Shown here: positions 49,388-59,850 of the stretch, in pieces
Position numbering within the stretch: position 1 is the stretch's first letter
Layout of the letters: each line of letters opens with the position of its first letter
DNA from: an uncultured delta proteobacterium
GTDB lineage: Bacteria; Desulfobacterota; Binatia; UBA9968
Direction of reading: 5' to 3'
Length of the DNA: 64,000 nt
NCBI GenBank assembly: GCA_963771465.1
Contig: CAVYTU010000009.1
Location: 160,001-224,000 of the forward strand
Position numbers and translations under genes: made by a program
The notes under the pieces: generated by a model
What the model saw: only the letters and a program-made list of their open reading frames with translations
Database searches by the model: none
Told to the model about the DNA's origin: nothing

Positions 49388-49990
49388 TCACCGAGGAAAA
49401 GTATCCACCAGTTCGCGCAGCCGATCCTTAGCGGATTGAAGAATAGGCACGCCGTCGCCGACCAATAGAATATCGAAGTCGAGCGCCAGCAGTTGACGCG
49501 CGCTATCGCGCAAACGCGGCGGATCGTCCACTACCTTATCTGGTAAGAGCTTGCACTTCCCAGGCGGATCGCCCACGACCGCATCCCCAACTAGCAAAAT
49601 TTTCCGTTCGGGCCAGTGAAGCACAACTTCTCCCTGAGATTTTCCCGGCGAGTCGATCACCACGAACGGACCGACCTTATCGCCTGAGTTCAATTCATCA
49701 TCCAGCACGGCGCCTTCGCTGCGCGCGTGCGCCGCGTCCGCCGGATGGATCGCCGTCCGCGCGCCAGTGCGCACACGTATCTTGTTCGCCGCACGCGAGT
49801 GATTGCGGTTGGTGATGAGAATCTGCGCAACACCCTGCCGCGCCATCTCCGCCAAATCTTCATCACTCGTTTCCACCGGATCGACGCAAAGATTCCCACT
49901 AGCGTACTGAATGAAATGCCCGTTAAAATTGTAACCGTGCGGTTCGGAAAACCACCGCCAAGTGAAGATGCCTGTCAGAATCTCAAGCAT
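49388..49990 (-). CDS. metallo-beta-lactamase-fold protein
   Basis: VDP, TNRNHSR, PGKS.G, LVGD and LVGDG, a degenerate MBL motif set. Confidence 0.8.
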   Translation of the reverse strand: MLEILTGIFTWRWFSEPHGYNFNGHFIQYASGNLCVDPVETSDEDLAEMARQGVAQILITNRNHSRAANKIRVRTGARTAIHPADAAHARSEGAVLDDELNSGDKVGPFVVIDSPGKSQGEVVLHWPERKILLVGDAVVGDPPGKCKLLPDKVVDDPPRLRDSARQLLALDFDILLVGDGVPILQSAKDRLRELVDTFPR

Positions 49991-50083
49991 GTTATCTCCG
50001 TTTCATTGGTTACACTGTTGGCCGGACTCTAGCTCACGACCACCGATCGCACTTTTACGATTCGATTATTTTTAAGGTATTGT

Positions 50084-50286
50084 TCACAAGACAGCCGCAA
50101 CCATTCGATCCTTGGCCTCCACTAGAAAGGTCAGAACCGCTTCGCGGCTTACGGTCGGAAATCCTGTTAGATGGTCTCGCCCCCTTCAAGATAGTCCAAT
50201 AACATTTGCACCGGAACGTGAGTTCTCGCAAATACGGGGGTTCCTCCCATTACGTCAGGTGAGCAGGTAATGAGCAGGTTCGTCAT
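50084..50286 (-). pseudogene. DUF433 (antitoxin-like) pseudogene
   Basis: MTNLLITCSPDVMGGTPVF..THVPVQMLLDYLEGGETI*, then out-of-frame GFPTVSREAV..; an internal deletion is apparent. Confidence 0.75.
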
Positions 50287-50790
50287 TATCAAAAAAGTAC
50301 TCCTGAACCGGCTGGGATATCAAGAGCGATCACATCACGCGATCGTTGCCGTAGCTATTTCAGTTGCTCGCGCTTGGATTTGTAAATCTGGCCACCGTGC
50401 GAAACACAAATAATCAATTTCTGACACCGGTTCTAACGGCTTGCCGAAAGCCAATCCGGTAAAAAAAGCCGAAGATGTAGGCAACGCCTACGCGACGTGA
50501 GCCGAGCTTAACACGAATTGACTACGAGCATCCCAGTTTCTTCCTATTCACATCACGCTTTACCGCAAAAGTCTTTTGCCATTTAGTTTTGCCAGAAATG
50601 AACAGAGCAATTCTGTTCGTCCGCCAGGTCTCTCTACACGAAATCGGACGGCGCAATGACGGCAATGTCAATTCGAATGTTGGTTTCGCCATTGCTGTCT
50701 CACGGCCCGTAACTAGCAACAGTGTTACTCAATCGCAGCGGGCGACAGTAGAAAAAACTAAATGTGCGGAAATCAGAAGGAGTTCGAAAG

Positions 50791-51294
50791 ATGTCACTTG
50801 ATTCATCTTCCCCGCTTCTAAGTCGAAAGGGTTTAATGGGTTTAACCGGTTCGTCAGGTCAAGCCGTGGTCGAGTTCACGCTGACGTTTCTAATCCTGCT
50901 GATTGTCGCCTGGATACCGGCAGATTTTGGGCTTGCGTTCTATACCGGGCAGCTCGCTCAGAACGCTGCGCGTGAAGGAGCCAGAATCGCGTCGGCCGAT
51001 CGCACGCTCGTAAGCGGAACGACCAGCTGCGTCGTGCCTTCTTGTACAGGAAACATATTTAAGGAAACCGCAGGAAGGATTTCGGCGGCGCTCCTTCCAG
51101 CCGCGACGATCACGGTGAATCTAGATCCTGATATAGGAACAAATTGCAACCGGATGGTGACAGTCGCGGTATCCGGAACCTACCACTTCTTTTTCTACCA
51201 GCTCCTCCATTGGTTGGGCGTCTCAGGAAACTTAAACGATACGCCGATCACTCGTCAAACACGCATGAGGTGGGAGGCGCAAGCGGGATGCTAA
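50791..51294 (+). CDS. tadE: TadE-like pseudopilin
   Basis: G/QAVVEFTL prepilin-like motif, TM helix and AAREGAR. Confidence 0.85.
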   Translation: MSLDSSSPLLSRKGLMGLTGSSGQAVVEFTLTFLILLIVAWIPADFGLAFYTGQLAQNAAREGARIASADRTLVSGTTSCVVPSCTGNIFKETAGRISAALLPAATITVNLDPDIGTNCNRMVTVAVSGTYHFFFYQLLHWLGVSGNLNDTPITRQTRMRWEAQAGC

Positions 51295-51339
51295 CGCGTG
51301 AGTTCGAAGTGAACGAGCGAAAACAGGGAGGGCCAACCA

Positions 51340-51858
51340 ATGAACGCTGTGAGTGAAAATGGATCGATGCGCAATAATCAAAGAGGTCAGGGAATCGTCG
51401 AGATTTCGCTCATTACTCCGCTCTTGCTGATTGCGTTGTATATACCCGTCGATTTCGGTGTGTCGTTTTTTATGGGTAACCTGATTCAGACTGCGGCTCG
51501 GGAGGGGGCGCGCATCGGCAGCGGACTTCAAAAGAGCGGCAACGTTCCCAACCTAATCTTTAGCTCGGCTGAAGCCGATACGGTGAAAACAGAAGTCATT
51601 AGCCGATTGCCAGCCTACCTGACAAACAAGACCGTCACGGTGACATTTTACACGGGAACGGCCTGTATGGAATTTGTCGAAGTGAAGGCACAGGGTCAAT
51701 ACAAATTTTTCATGTATCAGTTAATACGATTGTTTGGCGGTAGCGCTCCAAACACTCTGACGATCTCTCGGGGAACGCAAATGCACTACAAATATCAGCC
51801 CTACATAAATAATAATTATTGCACGACTCCGACCAGTTACGGACCCTATTCCGCTTAG
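51340..51858 (+). CDS. tadE: TadE-like pseudopilin
   Basis: RG/QGIVEISL, TM helix and AAREGAR. Confidence 0.85.
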   Translation: MNAVSENGSMRNNQRGQGIVEISLITPLLLIALYIPVDFGVSFFMGNLIQTAAREGARIGSGLQKSGNVPNLIFSSAEADTVKTEVISRLPAYLTNKTVTVTFYTGTACMEFVEVKAQGQYKFFMYQLIRLFGGSAPNTLTISRGTQMHYKYQPYINNNYCTTPTSYGPYSA

Positions 51859-51874
51859 GTCAATGGAGGCTTAT

Positions 51875-52903
51875 ATGCAGCCGTTAAAAAATCAACAAGG
51901 CTATGCGCTCGTCTTCATGACTCTGATGATTGTTTTGCTCTTGATCATGGTCGGCATGGGATTAGACACAGGACATCTGGCCTATGTGCGATCTCAGGGT
52001 CAGCCGGCCGTGGATGCGGCGGCGCTGGCTGCCGCATCGGCAATCCCGAGTGGAAACTGGTCGACAGTTACAGACCGAGCGGCAAAGTTTAACCCCGGCG
52101 GAACAAATCCCGGCACCGGAAACAATTATCTCGACAGTCCTAACAATCAAATCGATCAAAAGAACGTGACCCTGGTGAAATTTGACAACGGGACCGGGGA
52201 ATTTACCACAACAGGAGTCAACATCAACAATGCCAACGGAGCTCGAGTGGCATTAGAAAATACCAATCCATATGGCGGGAGCGCTGCGAAAGCGATGAAA
52301 TCCCCGCTGTTCTTGACGCCACTGCTCAATTTGTTTGGGCAAGCCAGCAAGACGACAGCCGATGTGAGCGTCAGCGCCGTGGCTGTGAACCAAGCGCTTC
52401 CCGGACTTCCCATCGTCGTCGTGGAAGGTCTCTGCAAAGGCCCGAATGTGACTGTAATTTTGGATTTCCAGTCGGGAGGCAATAGCACCGCCGGCTGGGA
52501 AACTTATCAAATCGACAACGCCAGCACCTCTGAGGTTCGCGCCCTCTTCGAAAAGCTGCCTTACTGCGCGGGCCAGCCCGCAATCGATGTTGGCTATTGT
52601 GGAAATGTCGCAAACGGTGTGAACGAAACGATTGCTAATGGGCACCTAAAGCCGATGTTCGAAGCCGACCCGAATCGTTGCTACTTGATTCCAGTGATAA
52701 AAAATGGCGGCAACTTAACCCAGTGCCAGTCGATCACAGATTGGGCCAGCTTTTGCCCCGACAAAGGCAATAACACCAAGGACGCATTCCCGGGGCCGGG
52801 TAAGCTCCAGGGAACGGTTACTTGCGGCCAGAGTGTTTTCGAGTCAAGAGACAGTCTATGTTACGTTCAGCGCCTGGTTCGAGACAAAACGTCTGGGATG
52901 TAA
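51875..52903 (+). CDS. tadG: TadG-like pilus assembly protein
   Basis: QQG, TM helix, D.G and AVDAAALAAA Tad N-terminal domain; Cys-rich C-terminus ending RLV. Confidence 0.8.
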   Translation: MQPLKNQQGYALVFMTLMIVLLLIMVGMGLDTGHLAYVRSQGQPAVDAAALAAASAIPSGNWSTVTDRAAKFNPGGTNPGTGNNYLDSPNNQIDQKNVTLVKFDNGTGEFTTTGVNINNANGARVALENTNPYGGSAAKAMKSPLFLTPLLNLFGQASKTTADVSVSAVAVNQALPGLPIVVVEGLCKGPNVTVILDFQSGGNSTAGWETYQIDNASTSEVRALFEKLPYCAGQPAIDVGYCGNVANGVNETIANGHLKPMFEADPNRCYLIPVIKNGGNLTQCQSITDWASFCPDKGNNTKDAFPGPGKLQGTVTCGQSVFESRDSLCYVQRLVRDKTSGM

Positions 52904-53037
52904 TTGGGATGACCTAAAACGGTCGGAGATTTTCCATGTTCATCTCAGCCGACCACGCGACTTCGTTGACGACTCGAGCCCGAGTTATTTCTCAAGGATA
53001 ATTACCCAATCTGCACTAGCCTGCGTTTGAACACTCA

Positions 53038-56000
53038 TTAATAGCGCTTATGCCAAATCAGATCGATGCCTTTAGAACCGGTGCTGCTGGTCGAGCTGCC
53101 GAGCTTCCAATCGGGGGCGATTTGATATTCCACCTCGACCTCTTGACCGTGCTCGCCGGAGAGCTGTTGCGACACCGAGACGTAGGTCTTGCTCCCTAAG
53201 TAGCGGCTGAAACCGACCTGGCCGCCGGAAAAATCGATCTCGCGGATATCCACGCCCAAACTGTCCAATCCCAGCGCCTCGGAAACCGAATTGGCGATCC
53301 GGCCGGCGACGTAGCCGGTGGTGATGCCGATGGCGCTTTTTTGCAAAGCGCCTTGCTCGTTTTGATTCAATGCATTGATCGGCCTGCCAAAAATCAGCAA
53401 CGCCAAAATATCCGCCTGCTCCAAGCGCGGTTGACTCGCGAGCGTGAGCGTCGGTTTTTCCACCGTGCCGTTGATCGTCGCGTCGACCTGGTATTCCGGC
53501 AGCCGATACCTGGCGATGATGTTCAGTGACGGATTGATCTTGTCGCCGCCGGTGAATTGGATGGCGCTGCGTTCCAGTTCAAATCTTCGGCCCTGAAACG
53601 CGAACCAGCCTCTAACAATGTCGACGCGGCCGGTCAGGTCGAGCTCCCGCTGCGGCGCTTTGGTCGCATGAACATCACCCGACAGCTCGGCCAGCAAGTC
53701 CGGATGTCTGATCCAAACGTTGCGCGCTGCCCGCACCGTCAGATCGACGCTAACCGCCTTGACGAAATCGTTGTCGCTCGACGCCTTCTTCTCTTGTCCC
53801 TGCGCCCCGCGTCCGGCGCCGTTGTTGACGATCACGATGGTTTCATCGCGTTTGAACGGCACCTTGCTCTGTTCGAGAAATGCCAGATCGGGACGGAGCG
53901 TTCCCTCGATCACGGTGACCTGACCCTTGATCCTGGGCGCGCTGACGGCACCTTCGATATTGACGTCGCCGTCGATTTTCACTTGATGGCGTGCGGTTTG
54001 GATCGCCGGCCAACTCCGGGCGGTGAGCATGAGCTTGACCGCGCCGATGTCGTAGTTCTTCAAGGCCAGAGCACCGCTGCCGCGAATCTCGCCCTCCTTG
54101 GCTGTCGCCGAGAACTCACGCAGGGTTAAATTGCGCGAATCCAAATCACCCGCCGCCGCTATGGTATGAATTTCCACGCCCAGTGGAATCGCTTTGAGCT
54201 TGCCATCGCGTAGTCGAAACGTGCCGCGCAGGTCGGGCTGCTTGACCGAGCCGCGCGCCTGGACATCGAGGCTGAGCTCGCCGGCGATGTTTTCGACGGA
54301 TTTGCCGCCAAAGGCGTTGAGAAAAGCGAGACCGATACCCGAACTTTGCAGCCGCAGCGCCATGCCGTCGGCGAAATCGGCGCGCCAGCCGTCGCTCCAG
54401 CTCAAATGCAGCGGCACCGTGCCGTCGCCCTTGAGTGCATGCGCCGCGTCTTGTTGTACGGTCAAACGCAATGTTGCTTTACGCTCTCTGTAGTCGATAT
54501 CGGCAAGCGCTCCGGCATAAGCGTGTCCGGCAAAGGATGCGTCGCTCAGGCGCGCTGACGCGGTCACTTCCGGAGCGGCGGCGGTGCCGGCGATCCGCGC
54601 TTTCACCGCGAGCAAGCCGGTTACGTTGGGTGGCTCGGTGACCAATGCCGCCAGCGTATCCAACGGCAAGCTCTCAATGCTTAAATTCAGATCCTGTTTG
54701 CCGGAGAGAGCGAAACGGCCGTTGAGCGCGAGCTCGCGGGCTCCGTTTTTGAGCGCGAGCTGTTCTATTAAAAAGACCTTGTCGCGCCAGCTGACCGTCG
54801 CCGGGTTGCTGAGCTTCCATGCTCCGTCCGGCGCACTTAGGGACGCCTGGCTTAAACGCAACACGGCAGTGTCGCGGCCGAAATCGAGTGTACCGCTCAA
54901 ACCGTGACGTCGGTCGCGTTGATCGAGCGCCGTCACCTCAAATGCCATCGAATCAGGCGACTCGCGCGCCAGCTTGGCGCTAGCGTCGATCCGCCGCAAT
55001 GCCAACCCGGCGTCAACTTCGGCAAGCTGCGCGGTGAGTGTGCCCACGGGCAAAGTCCGGTTCTGCACGCGCTGCAGCGTGAACTTGAGATTGCCATTCT
55101 TAGCGGACATGTTATCGACGCGCACAGCGAACAACCGCGCGGTCCCTTGGGTTTGCACCTCGGCGAAACTACCCTGCGCTTGTCCCGAGAGTTCCACCGC
55201 GCCCGCGCCTTTGCGATCGACCAGCGCCAACCACGGGGAAAGATTTCCCACTCGCAAACGGTAATCGAGCTTACCAGCGACCTTGGCATCCATGCCGAGT
55301 TCGCCATTGACAGAAAGCGTGGACTCCGGCGTGCTCAGGGTGGCGCGTGCAATACGAATTACTTTATTGTTTAACGCCGCGTTCAACTCGCCCTGTTTGA
55401 TCTCGACCGGGCCGAGGGACGACGGCGAGATTCGCAGATCCGCGCGCGTCTCCATATTGGCGAAACTTTTGCCGGCGCCTTTCACCGTGCCTTGAAAATT
55501 TAGCTTACCTTGAAGCGCCTTGCCACCGCCGGCGGTTTTTTGAATATCGAGATCCTTGACGCTCAACGCCACATCGTAACTTGGCCGTTTTTCATCGAGG
55601 ACGATTTTACCGGACCAAGTGGCGTGGCCCAGATTGCTTTTGAGCCGTCCGTCGACCGCCGCAACGCCGCGTTCGAGCCCGCCTTGCAGAGACACCACGC
55701 CGAGCGTCCAGCCCTGCGCCTCAGCGGAGCGAATTTCCAGGCGCGCCTTCCCCGTGGTGCCTTGCAGCGCAAAGCCGGTGCCGCTCGCCTCCATCGTGCC
55801 GCTCATGACGCCGGCGATATTTTTCCCTTCAAGCCACTGGCGCAAATTAACATCACTCAGCGTCATGGTCGCCGAATATTTCGGTTGCTCGGCAGTAACA
55901 TCCGCCTGAAAGCTACCGGTCACCCGCGCGCCCGCCGCCGCGAGCTGAAGTTTTCCCTTGAGCGCATCGAAGGCGCCGTCGACCTGCAGCGTTCCCGTCA

Positions 56001-56832
56001 GGTCACGTTTGAGCGGCGAGTTGGCGACGAAGTAAGCGATGTCGGCCGGCGCGAGCTTGACCAGTTCGAGCTGGGCGTTGATTTTGGCGTGGTCACCGGT
56101 CTCGAGCTGGCCATTCAATTTGACTTGCGAAGCGCGGCTCACGGCCCAAACATTTTTCAGTTTAAGCAGCGCCGGCCGTGTCTCGTCTTGCCGATACTCC
56201 ATCGCGCCCTTGAGATTGAGCTCGGGTCGCCCCTGGGCAATCAGCCCCGACGACAATGCGCGCAAGTCGACGTTCAGCGCTGCCGGAAAAATTTCCACGC
56301 CGCCCTCAAGATTCAAGCGCTCCAGTCGATAAACCTGGCGTTCAGCGGCAAGTTTAAGATCGAGATTGCCGTCCTGTAATCTGAGCGAGCGGACGTACGT
56401 TAATAATCGCATTTTTGACGGCGGCTCGGGTTGGCGCGGCGAGACCGCCTCGACCACGTTCCATTTTCCCTCGCGGTTCTGACTCAAACGCACCCGTGGC
56501 TGCGCAGCATCGATCACCGCTATGCGGACTTCGTTCCAAAGTAACGGGAGCAACGAAAAGGAAACATCGAGCCGGGGAACTTGCACAATCTCGTCGCCTT
56601 CGTAGCGGAGCGACACTCCATAGAGGGTCAGATGGCGCCACACCGAGCCCTCCAAACGGTCGACGGTCAGCGCGCCGCGGATCGAATTGTTGACGGCGCT
56701 GATCCCTTCCTCACGCACCCAACGTTGGAAATTTTCCGTGCGCGTATATAGCGCGGCGCCGAGAACAAGCGTGAAGAGCAGCACCGCGCCGCCAAGCAGG
56801 AACCACTTTATAATGCGGTGCAACTTACCCAT
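53038..56832 (-). CDS. tamB: translocation and assembly module TamB (DUF490)
   Basis: N-terminal TM, long beta-rich body, and a C-terminal DUF490-like region (L.SQPRLEQADILALL.FG...W.KRY). Confidence 0.9.
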   Translation of the reverse strand: MGKLHRIIKWFLLGGAVLLFTLVLGAALYTRTENFQRWVREEGISAVNNSIRGALTVDRLEGSVWRHLTLYGVSLRYEGDEIVQVPRLDVSFSLLPLLWNEVRIAVIDAAQPRVRLSQNREGKWNVVEAVSPRQPEPPSKMRLLTYVRSLRLQDGNLDLKLAAERQVYRLERLNLEGGVEIFPAALNVDLRALSSGLIAQGRPELNLKGAMEYRQDETRPALLKLKNVWAVSRASQVKLNGQLETGDHAKINAQLELVKLAPADIAYFVANSPLKRDLTGTLQVDGAFDALKGKLQLAAAGARVTGSFQADVTAEQPKYSATMTLSDVNLRQWLEGKNIAGVMSGTMEASGTGFALQGTTGKARLEIRSAEAQGWTLGVVSLQGGLERGVAAVDGRLKSNLGHATWSGKIVLDEKRPSYDVALSVKDLDIQKTAGGGKALQGKLNFQGTVKGAGKSFANMETRADLRISPSSLGPVEIKQGELNAALNNKVIRIARATLSTPESTLSVNGELGMDAKVAGKLDYRLRVGNLSPWLALVDRKGAGAVELSGQAQGSFAEVQTQGTARLFAVRVDNMSAKNGNLKFTLQRVQNRTLPVGTLTAQLAEVDAGLALRRIDASAKLARESPDSMAFEVTALDQRDRRHGLSGTLDFGRDTAVLRLSQASLSAPDGAWKLSNPATVSWRDKVFLIEQLALKNGARELALNGRFALSGKQDLNLSIESLPLDTLAALVTEPPNVTGLLAVKARIAGTAAAPEVTASARLSDASFAGHAYAGALADIDYRERKATLRLTVQQDAAHALKGDGTVPLHLSWSDGWRADFADGMALRLQSSGIGLAFLNAFGGKSVENIAGELSLDVQARGSVKQPDLRGTFRLRDGKLKAIPLGVEIHTIAAAGDLDSRNLTLREFSATAKEGEIRGSGALALKNYDIGAVKLMLTARSWPAIQTARHQVKIDGDVNIEGAVSAPRIKGQVTVIEGTLRPDLAFLEQSKVPFKRDETIVIVNNGAGRGAQGQEKKASSDNDFVKAVSVDLTVRAARNVWIRHPDLLAELSGDVHATKAPQRELDLTGRVDIVRGWFAFQGRRFELERSAIQFTGGDKINPSLNIIARYRLPEYQVDATINGTVEKPTLTLASQPRLEQADILALLIFGRPINALNQNEQGALQKSAIGITTGYVAGRIANSVSEALGLDSLGVDIREIDFSGGQVGFSRYLGSKTYVSVSQQLSGEHGQEVEVEYQIAPDWKLGSSTSSTGSKGIDLIWHKRY

Positions 56833-56835
56833 GGC

Positions 56836-58671
56836 CTAAAAGAACGCTCCAACACTGAAGTGAATCTGCCAGGACCGTTCCCCACGGGGTGGTTTGAACG
56901 GGAAGCCGATATCCAATCGCAAAGGTCCCACAGGCGTCGCGTAGCTTACGCCGAAGCCGCTGGAAAATTGCAGATCGCCGACCGGAATGTCGAAACGCCG
57001 GGTCGACACCTGGCCAAAGTCGATAAACAGCGCGCCGTTGAGTTCCCGCCAGATCGGCCGGCGCAGTTCGAGGGAACCTTCAATCAGACTGAGTCCGCCC
57101 AAAGGATCGTTGCTCGTGGTTACCGGACCGAGCCGGCGCCGGGCATAACCACGCACGCTTTTTTCTCCCCCCGAATAGAAGCGTTCGAAGAGTGGAAGAT
57201 TCTTGTTGGCGCCGATGGCGTCAGCCACGCCAAGCTTCAGTCGGCTGGCGAAAACCGTCTGCCAACCGATGTCGAAATATTTTTTTCCCTCCGCGGTGAT
57301 TTTGTAAAAGCTGTATTGGCCGCCCCAAATCGCCCCGACCTGGTCCAGGGTCAAAGAAACGGTCTCGCCTTTCTTCGGGTTAAACGGATCGTCCGAAGTG
57401 TTCCACACCAGACCGACCGTGGGTCCGGACAGCACACCGGAGCGGCGCACCCCGCCAAGGCTTTGCACCGTGGCGGCAGCGATGTCGTTCAATTTATCGT
57501 ACTCCACCCGATAACCGATGAAGCCGGTCAGAGTCGGCGAGAATCGATGCTCCAAGCGCGGCATGAAGCGAGTTACGTTGCGCAGATAGGTTTCTTCGTC
57601 TTCCTGTTCATGCTTGAGTTCTGCCGTTCCTCGAGTGTCACGGGTTAGAAAATGAGGCTGAAGGAAATTGATCGACCCCGCCACCGAGATCGATGAATAC
57701 TTGGCGAGTACGGATAAATGTCTACCGCCACCGAGCCAATTCAAATGGCGCCATTCGAATTGACTGCGAAACTGTTCTTCGGTGCCGTAGCCGACGCCGA
57801 TCTTGATCTCGCGATGGGGTTTTTCCGCGACCTCTACCTCCATCGGCACAATCACCGGCGTACCTGTGGTATTCTCCGGGCCGACTTTGACGCTGCTGAA
57901 TAGATCTAAGGCGAGCAGTTTGTCGCGCGTTTCAACTACTTTTTTTAGTGAATAAGTTTCACCGGCTTTATAAACTACCTCCCTCGAGATGACTTCCGGC
58001 TCCACCGTTGCCGCGCCCTTGATCTCCGTGTCACCGAATTGCGCCAGCGGTCCCGCCTGAATCGAATAACCGATCTGCGCTTGTCTCTCCTCCAGATCGA
58101 CTTCCGCTTTACGCTCGGTCTTGACGTGCGCATAACCCTCGTTAGCGAGAAAAGCGCGCAAGAGTTGTTCGGTTTTTTGGTACTCGGCCTCGTTGAAGAT
58201 ATCGCCGCGTTTGAGCGGCAGGGTTTCGGGCAAAGGCGGCGGACTTTGGGTCTGCCCTTCGGCGCGCACTTCAACGTCAATCGCTGCAACGAAAACCGGC
58301 TCGCTCTCGCGGATGTCGAACCGAATCGCGACCAGGCTGTCCTCCGTGTTGGGGTTCAGATCATAAGTGACGTCGGTGCTGTAGTAACCCCGCGACTCGT
58401 AAAACCGCCGCAGCCGTTCAAGATCGGTCTCGAAACTTACCGGATCGAACGCCGGCCGATCCTCCCAAAAGCGATACCAAGGCCGCTCCTTGGTAACGAT
58501 TCCGGCGCTCAGTTCATCGCCGGCAAATAGTTTGTTGCCGAAGAATTCGATCCGCTGCACGCGCCATTGGCGCGCGGGATCGAGAGCATCCAGCAGAACA
58601 GCGCAAGCTGTGTGCGGAAAAGTTGAAAATGCCGCCAGCATCGCAATATACACCGTGCAGACGCGCCTCAC
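56836..58671 (-). CDS. tamA: TamA/BamA (Omp85) outer-membrane protein
   Basis: POTRA repeats, ERFYSGGEKSVRGY, TPVGPLRLD and a terminal Phe; directly upstream of tamB. Confidence 0.9.
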   Translation of the reverse strand: MRRVCTVYIAMLAAFSTFPHTACAVLLDALDPARQWRVQRIEFFGNKLFAGDELSAGIVTKERPWYRFWEDRPAFDPVSFETDLERLRRFYESRGYYSTDVTYDLNPNTEDSLVAIRFDIRESEPVFVAAIDVEVRAEGQTQSPPPLPETLPLKRGDIFNEAEYQKTEQLLRAFLANEGYAHVKTERKAEVDLEERQAQIGYSIQAGPLAQFGDTEIKGAATVEPEVISREVVYKAGETYSLKKVVETRDKLLALDLFSSVKVGPENTTGTPVIVPMEVEVAEKPHREIKIGVGYGTEEQFRSQFEWRHLNWLGGGRHLSVLAKYSSISVAGSINFLQPHFLTRDTRGTAELKHEQEDEETYLRNVTRFMPRLEHRFSPTLTGFIGYRVEYDKLNDIAAATVQSLGGVRRSGVLSGPTVGLVWNTSDDPFNPKKGETVSLTLDQVGAIWGGQYSFYKITAEGKKYFDIGWQTVFASRLKLGVADAIGANKNLPLFERFYSGGEKSVRGYARRRLGPVTTSNDPLGGLSLIEGSLELRRPIWRELNGALFIDFGQVSTRRFDIPVGDLQFSSGFGVSYATPVGPLRLDIGFPFKPPRGERSWQIHFSVGAFF

Positions 58672-58856
58672 TATTCATTTTTATCATCCAGGACGGGTCA
58701 AAGTAATACGTTATCGGGAAAAAATTGCGAGGTTATTAGATGGAATGAGCCAATGGACGATGGCGTGAGACTCGGCCAAAGTTGCCAACTGTCGGCATTA
58801 GCGATTCGGTCGATCCAAACACTATACAGAATACAGAGCGTCGACGGCGGATGATT

Positions 58857-59504
58857 TCAACCAGCGAATAGCAAGCCCACGGCGCCGCTGACGATCGCGA
58901 GGTAGATCCCCAATAGCAGCAGTGTAATCAGCAAATTTCTTTTCCAATGATCGCTCAGAGCGATGCCGAATGGCAGTCCGGTGAGAAAGCCGATGATATG
59001 AGCAACGTAGGCGATGTGCGGGTCGTAGCCGGGTATGCGGCTTTTTTCATAGACCACGACGACGTTGTAGAGAAAGTAGATGATCGCGAGCAGTCCTTGC
59101 GGCGCGAGGAAAAGCCAGGAGAACTTGAGCGGTCTGACCAGCATGACGCAGCCTGCCAGAGCGAAGATCGCAGCCGAGGCGCCGAGCATTCCGGTGCCAC
59201 GCGGTAAGTAGATAACACCGAGAATGAAACTGGTGAAGCCGCCGGTAAAGAAGGTCAGCAGCAGCTTGCGCGCGCCGACGGTTTTTTCCAATGTATTGCC
59301 GAAGACGAATAGAAACAGCATGTTGCCGAACAGATGTAAGACGCTGGCATGGATAAACAGGGCCGCGACCAGCGTCCAGACTTTGCCCTTTTGAAGGTTT
59401 TTCAGACTGAAGATTAGATTGTTTTCGGCAAACGCCGGGTCCTGTTGCCATGCCCAAAGGCTCGCCGCGAGGCATGCGAGTATCAGCAGTGTATTGGTCT
59501 TCAA
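58857..59504 (-). CDS. rhomboid-family intramembrane serine protease
   Basis: H....HLFGNM, GASAA and AHIIG. Confidence 0.9.
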   Translation of the reverse strand: MKTNTLLILACLAASLWAWQQDPAFAENNLIFSLKNLQKGKVWTLVAALFIHASVLHLFGNMLFLFVFGNTLEKTVGARKLLLTFFTGGFTSFILGVIYLPRGTGMLGASAAIFALAGCVMLVRPLKFSWLFLAPQGLLAIIYFLYNVVVVYEKSRIPGYDPHIAYVAHIIGFLTGLPFGIALSDHWKRNLLITLLLLGIYLAIVSGAVGLLFAG

Positions 59505-59850
59505 GAAATTGCCCGTTGGGGTTTGCTGATCTATCCGACCTTAGCACAAAAATGGGATTGCATGGCGGTCATGGCTATGGCGTTCGAAATCGGCTGAGAT
59601 CATCGTTGCGATCAAACGCTCATCGAGAGCTAGCGTTAACGCAATTAAATTCTCCGTTGCTCATCAGTTTTGATTCTGCTATCTCCACCTTTAAGCGTGG
59701 CTCTCACGTGATCTCGTTCGACGGATCGCTCTCATCGCAATGGGTCTGCCAACTCGAAGGTAAACGCAATCCGTTTCTCTTTCGTCTAGAAATCACCCTA
59801 CATTTAATTTTTGACCCTATGCGAATTGTTAAACAAGAAGGACTGGACAT

